64,000 nucleotides of DNA, taken from NCBI GenBank assembly GCA_963700145.1, contig OY969474.1:4608001-4672000 (forward strand), in the 5' to 3' direction. The stretch is from an uncultured Acidobacteriota bacterium (GTDB lineage: Bacteria > Acidobacteriota > Thermoanaerobaculia > Multivoradales > UBA5704). The notes beneath the pieces are model-generated. The model was not told the origin of the DNA and searched no databases. It was given only the letters and a program-made list of their open reading frames with translations. Positions 59,265 to 64,000 of this stretch are shown here, piece by piece; positions within the stretch are counted from its first letter, which is position 1; each line of letters begins with the position of its first letter. Both the position numbers and the translations under genes were made by a program.

Positions 59265-59894
59265 ATGCCCAGCAACCACGAGCTCCTCCTCCACGACCCT
59301 CCAGTCGACCTCGCCGACCTCGGCGAGCGGGACCAGGAGAAGATCGCCCGCATCGGCCACCACGTGCGGGGGATCCTGACGGCGCTCGGCCTCGACCTCG
59401 CCGACCCGAACCTGGCCGAGACCGACCGGCGGGTCGCCAAGATGTACCTCGAGATGTTCCACGGCCTCGAGGAGGGGGCCGAGCCCAAGGTCACCTGCTT
59501 CCCCAACGACGAGTCCTACAGCCACATGGTGATGGAGAAGCAGATCCCCTTCTACTCCATGTGCGCCCACCACCTGGTGCCCTTCTACGGCCACGCCCAC
59601 ATCGCCTACATCCCGCGCGACCGCATCCTCGGCCTCTCGAAGTTCGCGCGCATCCTCGAGTTCTACGCCAAGCGGCCGCAGCTCCAGGAGCGGCTCACCG
59701 AGCAGGTGGTGACCTACTTCGAGGAGAAGCTGCAGCCGCAGGGGGCGATGGTGGTCATCGAGGCGCGCCACCTCTGCGTCGAGATGCGCGGCGTCAAGAA
59801 GCCCGGCGCGCTGACCGTCACCTCCGCCATCCGCGGCATCTTCCACGAGAGGTCGGCGCGTGAAGAGTTCCTCGATCTGCTGCGCCGGCCGTAG
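59265..59894 (+). CDS. folE: GTP cyclohydrolase I
   Basis: SMCAHHLVPF.G, GLSK, QLQER, HLC..MRG. Confidence 0.96.
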   Translation: MPSNHELLLHDPPVDLADLGERDQEKIARIGHHVRGILTALGLDLADPNLAETDRRVAKMYLEMFHGLEEGAEPKVTCFPNDESYSHMVMEKQIPFYSMCAHHLVPFYGHAHIAYIPRDRILGLSKFARILEFYAKRPQLQERLTEQVVTYFEEKLQPQGAMVVIEARHLCVEMRGVKKPGALTVTSAIRGIFHERSAREEFLDLLRRP

Positions 59895-60486
59895 CCTCGC
59901 CCGCGCCGCGCTGCTGGCCGCCCTCGTCGCCGCGGGCGCCTGCGCCGGCGGCACGACGCCGCGCACGATCGAAGACCTCACCAACCCCTACCTCGGGCCC
60001 GAGCACTCGCAGTGGCTGATCGGCGCCGTGTCGCGCCTCGCCAGCCCCGAGGAGGTCCAGGGGTACCTGGCGCTGCGCGACGGCGCCGCGGCGGAGGCCT
60101 TCATCCGCGACTTCTGGACGCGGCGCGACGCGACCCCCGCCGCCCCGGGCAACCCGCTGCGCGAGACCTTCGAGGCCCGCTCCGCCGACGCCGACCGCCT
60201 CTACAGCGAGGCCGGCGTGGTCGGGCGGCGGACGGCGCGCGGCACCGTCCACATCCTCTACGGGCGGCCGTCCAACATCGACTTCGAGGTGTCGCCGAGC
60301 CCCGGCGAGGGGCCGATCGAGCTCTGGCTCTACGCCGAGGGGAGCCCGGCCGGGCTCGACGCGCGCACCCCGGCGCGCTTCTACCGCTTCATCCGCCGCG
60401 GCGACCTGACCGTCCCCTACACGCCGCGCGAGCGGGACCCGCGCTTCCCGCGTGACGCGACGCGGCCGCCGTCGCCGCCGCGCTGA
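59860..60486 (+). CDS. GWxTD-domain-like lipoprotein
   Basis: AGAC lipobox; FIRDFW.RRD.TP...N; G.RTARG...ILYG.P; E.W.Y. Confidence 0.8.
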   Translation: MKSSSICCAGRSLARAALLAALVAAGACAGGTTPRTIEDLTNPYLGPEHSQWLIGAVSRLASPEEVQGYLALRDGAAAEAFIRDFWTRRDATPAAPGNPLRETFEARSADADRLYSEAGVVGRRTARGTVHILYGRPSNIDFEVSPSPGEGPIELWLYAEGSPAGLDARTPARFYRFIRRGDLTVPYTPRERDPRFPRDATRPPSPPR

Positions 60487-60514
60487 GCCCGGCGCGAGGA
60501 GCCACCGGCCGATC

Positions 60515-61585
60515 ATGAGCGAGCTGCGCGCGCTGCTGGCCGGGACCGGCGTCGCCGTGCCGCCGCGGCAGGTGGACAACCACATGCTGGCGCGGATCCT
60601 CGACACCAACGACGCGTGGATCCGCGAGCGCAGCGGCGTCGTCACCCGCCACTACGTCGAGCCCGGCATCGCCTCCTCGGACCTGGGGACGGAGGCGGCG
60701 CGCGCCGCCCTCGCCGACGCCGGGGTCGCGCCGGAGGAGCTCGACTACATCGTCTGCGCCACCGCGACCCCCGACCACTACCTGCCGGGGATCGGCACGA
60801 TGGTGCAGCAGAAGCTCGGGATCGGCGCCGTGCCGTCGCTCGACATCCGCCAGCAGTGCGCCGGTTTCGCCTACGGCCTGCAGGTGGTGGACGCCCTGGT
60901 GCGCAGCGGCATCGCGAAGACCGTGCTCCTCGTCGGGGTGGACATCCACACCTCGCTCATGCCCTTCTCCAAGCGCACCTGGGAGGTGCTCTACGACCCC
61001 GCCGCCGGGCCGCTCGAGGAGGCGGAGCGCGAGTGGAACACCCGCTACCGCTACATCGTGGTGCTCTTCGGCGACGCCGCCGGCGCGATGGTCTTCCGCG
61101 CCGGGCGCGAGGACGGGCGCGGCATCCTGCGCTCCGCCCTCTGGGGCGACGGCAACCACAAGGAGATCCTCTACACCCCCGGCGGCGGCTCGGTCTTCCG
61201 CCCCTGGGTGGACCACGAGCAGATCGCGCGCGGCGACCTGGTGCCGGTGATGGACGGCCGGCAGGTCTTCCGCCTGGCGGTGACGCGCATGCCCGAGGCG
61301 GTGCGCCAGCTCCTGGCGCAGGAGGGGGCGGCGGTCGAGGACCTCGACCTGGTGGTGATGCACCAGGCCAACCTGCGGATCAACGAAGCGGCGCAGAAGG
61401 CGCTCGGTCTGCCCGACGAGAAGGTCTGGAACAACATCCAGCGCTACGGCAACACCACCTCCGCCACCATCCCCCTCGCCTTCCACGAGGCGCGCCAGGC
61501 CGGCAAGGCCCCGGAAGGCGCCCTCGTCGCCTTCGCCGCCCTGGGCGCCGGCCTCCACTGGGGGGCGGTGCTGATGCGGGCGTAG
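60515..61585 (+). CDS. fabH: Beta-ketoacyl-ACP synthase III
   Basis: CAGF, LFGD, HQAN.RI, YGNT.SA, GAGLHWG. Confidence 0.95.
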   Translation: MSELRALLAGTGVAVPPRQVDNHMLARILDTNDAWIRERSGVVTRHYVEPGIASSDLGTEAARAALADAGVAPEELDYIVCATATPDHYLPGIGTMVQQKLGIGAVPSLDIRQQCAGFAYGLQVVDALVRSGIAKTVLLVGVDIHTSLMPFSKRTWEVLYDPAAGPLEEAEREWNTRYRYIVVLFGDAAGAMVFRAGREDGRGILRSALWGDGNHKEILYTPGGGSVFRPWVDHEQIARGDLVPVMDGRQVFRLAVTRMPEAVRQLLAQEGAAVEDLDLVVMHQANLRINEAAQKALGLPDEKVWNNIQRYGNTTSATIPLAFHEARQAGKAPEGALVAFAALGAGLHWGAVLMRA

Positions 61586-61666
61586 CTCAGCGCCCGGCTA
61601 CTCGACGATGCCGGCCCGCAGGGTGCCGCCGTCCAGGTGGCCGGCTCGACGTCCTCGGCGGAGTAC

Positions 61667-61897
61667 GAAAAGCCGGTATCAGAGCTTGATACCTCGGTAT
61701 CGAGCCCTGATACCTCCGTATCAGCCGCCGCTACCCAGGTATCAGGCGCCGCTACCTAGGTATCAGGCGCTGCGACCTAGGTATCGGGCGCCGATACCTC
61801 CGTATCAGGCGCCGCTCCCCCTGTGTCGAGCGCTGATACTCAGGTATCACGGGCCGATACCCCCGTATGGAGCGCTCATACCTCCGTATCGACGCTC
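61667..61897. repeat. Array C: 11 degenerate 21-bp units, palindromic core GATACCnnGGTATC
   Basis: Units at 61667, 61688, 61709 ... 61877 with no indels. Confidence 0.9.
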
Positions 61898-61962
61898 CCG
61901 ACCTCTTCCTCCACCTACGTCCCCCGACTCGCGGAACACCAGCCGCTGGGGTTGCCGGGGCT

Positions 61963-62152
61963 GCCACCATCCCCCTCGCCTTCCACGAGGCGCGCCAGGC
62001 CGGCAAGGCGCCGGAAGGCGCCCTCGTCGCCTTCGCCGCCTTGGGCGCCAGGCGGATCTTCTTGAGCGACTCGGTGCTGTGCCCGGCGAAGAACGGCCCG
62101 AGCTGCGGGTCGGCCGCCATCCGCCCGATGAAGTCGTCGGTCACGGCGGCGA
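61963..62152. repeat. Chimeric duplicate of fabH 61463-61549 joined to trHb 63033-63132
   Basis: 87 bp with 2 mismatches, a 3-bp linker, then 100 bp with 3 mismatches. Confidence 0.92.
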
Positions 62153-62190
62153 ACGCGTACAATCGGGAAACGGGATCGTGAGGTGACGCC

Positions 62191-62759
62191 GTGATGAAGG
62201 GGATCGAAGAAGCAGTCGCCGCGCTCAGGCGCGACCCCGATCAGCCGGTGACGGCCGAGATCGACGGCCTGGTCATCGAGCTGCGGCACAAAGCCGACTC
62301 GACGCGGAGAGCTCGGCGGACGGCCGATGATGTCTTCAGGGAAGTGGGGAGCTGGGAAGGGGAGACACCAACACGGTCATCGCCCGCCTGAACGGCAATC
62401 TCGCCGTCTCGGAGCGGCTTGCAGCGCTCAAACCGGAGGAAGTCGTCCTCTGCGCGCCGGTACTGGCCGAGCTCCACTTCGGCGCGAGCCTCTCGGCGCG
62501 CAGAGAGCAGAACCTCGGACGGCTGGAGCGATTGGCGGAGAGCATGCGCTTCCAGTCGTTCGATGCCGGGGCGGCTCGCCGCTTTGGAGACTTGAAAGCC
62601 TCGCTCCGTCGCCGCGGGGTCACCAAATCCGACTTCGATCTGGCCATCGCCGCCATCGCGCTCGAACTCGGCGCGATCCTCGTTTCTGAAGACGGCGCGT
62701 TCCACGGCGGCTCAATAGCGGGGCTCCAGGCGGAGAACTGGCTGCTGAACGCCAGATAA
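62191..62759 (+). pseudogene. Antitoxin-PIN toxin pair fused out of frame by a deletion
   Basis: Antitoxin ...GSWEGE runs into toxin DTNTVI...AELHFG...DFDLAIAAIA...LVSED; in-frame stop at 62328 and no standard toxin start. Confidence 0.8.
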
Positions 62760-62806
62760 GACGCTCCGCCGTCTAAGGGACCGGCGCTTCAGCGGCGTGC
62801 CCGCGC

Positions 62807-63250
62807 CTACTGCTCGACGATGTCGGCGCGCAGGGTGCCGACGGCGGCGAAGAGCTCCTCGCGCTCCTTCTGCCCGACCTTGAACTTGTCGAGCGTCGCC
62901 GTCAGGTGCTTGACCGCGGTGTCCCAGTGGGCCGCCGAGATCTTCATCCCCGCGTGCGACGCCTTCATGCTCCGCCCCGTGTAGTAGCAGGGGCCGCCGC
63001 TCATCTCGCAGAGCTGCTCGACGACGAGCTGCCGGATCTTCTTGAGCGACTCGGTGCTGTGCCCAGCGAAGAACGGCCCGAGCTGCGGGTCCGCCGCCAT
63101 CCGTCCGATGAAGTCGTCGGTCACGGCGGCGATGGCGTCGTAGCCGCCCAGGCGCTTGTAGAGCGACGCGTCGTCAGCCGCGGCGAGCGGCGCCGCGAGG
63201 GCGGCCGAGAGCAGCAATGCGGCGGCGATGAGAGCCTTGGTTCGGATCAT
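62807..63250 (-). CDS. glbN: Group 1 truncated haemoglobin with signal peptide
   Basis: SLYKRLGG, GGPCYYTGRSMKASH, DIV; GGGAGG RBS. Confidence 0.92.
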   Translation of the reverse strand: MIRTKALIAAALLLSAALAAPLAAADDASLYKRLGGYDAIAAVTDDFIGRMAADPQLGPFFAGHSTESLKKIRQLVVEQLCEMSGGPCYYTGRSMKASHAGMKISAAHWDTAVKHLTATLDKFKVGQKEREELFAAVGTLRADIVEQ

Positions 63251-63346
63251 GGTTCCCTCCCGAGAGAGCTCGACTGCAGTCCATTGGCTTCTACGCGCGG
63301 GCCGAGCGCCCGGATGAGTCCGAGTAGCGGCCGAACCGACTCCGAA

Positions 63347-63619
63347 TCAGTCGACGTTGAACACCGGACGTTCGCAGGTTGGACCGGCCTGTAGCTCGCT
63401 CTGCGTGTATCGGCTGTCTTGGTACAGCCGAATGGGATAGCAGCCTGTACCGAGACCGAACTCGACGACGTAGTCGCCTGGAAGCAGGCTGGTCCGAAGA
63501 ACGCCGCGTTCCTTCTGGACGAGGCTCCCTCCATCGTCACCAAGCCAGATGTCCACCGATTTGGAGTTGCCGGTGATCTCGAGCTCGAGGTACGTGCGGC
63601 TCTCGTAGACGTGGCTCAT
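63347..63619 (-). CDS. Small hypothetical protein, probable cassette gene
   Basis: Lower GC; lies downstream of the attC site. Confidence 0.6.
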   Translation of the reverse strand: MSHVYESRTYLELEITGNSKSVDIWLGDDGGSLVQKERGVLRTSLLPGDYVVEFGLGTGCYPIRLYQDSRYTQSELQAGPTCERPVFNVD

Positions 63620-63730
63620 TGTGCCGACCGTAGGAGAGAGTGAACTATCTAAGCGTGGGCATGGTAGCACCGTGACCGCGACCCTCTGCCTCCGACGCGA
63701 TGCTGGCCTGTCACTGCCGGCTCCGTGCCG

Positions 63731-63796
63731 CCCTAACGTTCACGCTTCACCGGCGGATGGCAACGCCAGCCGTCCGGCGGAAGCTGGGGGTTAAAC
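63731..63796 (-). mobile_element. Integron attC site (66 bp)
   Basis: Minus strand GTTTAAC...CAGCTTCCGCCGGACGGC...GCCATCCGCCGGTGAAGCGTG...GTTAGGG; upstream stop TAA lies inside the R'' box. Confidence 0.75.
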
Positions 63797-64000
63797 GGCA
63801 CCGCTTCTGGCCTCGAGTTCACGTCTCACCTCGCTACGGAACACCGGCAACCATTCAGTAATGAGCTGTTGGAAAGCCTCGTCTAGCTGGGGCTCTCGCT
63901 CAGGAACTATCGAGTTCATCCGAATCGCCAGTGCCAAACCTGCTATGTTGGCTGCCGCCTTGGCGACTGGTTCTGATGCGAAGAGGTGAATCTCCTGGTT
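63791..64000 (-). CDS. 3' end of a cassette-type hypothetical gene (truncated by window edge)
   Basis: Open frame NQEIHLFASEPV...RSEVRRELEARSGAV* ending in attC; lower GC. Confidence 0.7.
   Translation of the reverse strand, partial: NQEIHLFASEPVAKAAANIAGLALAIRMNSIVPEREPQLDEAFQQLITEWLPVFRSEVRRELEARSGAV

Noticed and set aside
61963-62152. Diversity-generating retroelement template repeat
   Set aside because: Mismatches are not adenine-specific and no reverse transcriptase is in the window.

Overview
Very GC-rich bacterial chromosome segment. The GWxTD-type lipoprotein, membrane Ser/Thr kinase and many secreted peptidases suggest Acidobacteriota (Thermoanaerobaculia-like); this is inference. 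Most of the window is housekeeping or metabolic: ndk, UDG, egtD with an Opu-type ABC importer, udk, queD, Fpg/Nei, Lhr, two APC permeases, flap endonuclease, ggt, an MbtH/thioesterase/PPTase cluster, an ABC-2 exporter, S9 and M61 peptidases, a kynB-linked operon, GH15, folE, fabH and a truncated haemoglobin. Accessory islets include four toxin-antitoxin loci (three decayed), an AAA-ATPase plus Schlafen/AlbA_2 pair, an EVE-nuclease gene, an intact IS256 with 8-bp target duplication, and an integron attC site at the right end. The most unusual signals are: three sequence-unrelated arrays of strictly 21-bp-periodic palindromic units, each beside a decayed TA module; a chimeric copy of both flanking genes (fabH and trHb) differing only at synonymous sites; a small CPWC-terminated, possibly histone-fold protein co-transcribed with a membrane kinase; and a SprT-like protease with a sliding-clamp motif beside a flap endonuclease. 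No rRNA, tRNA or CRISPR array was seen. All family calls rest on motif recognition, not database searches.
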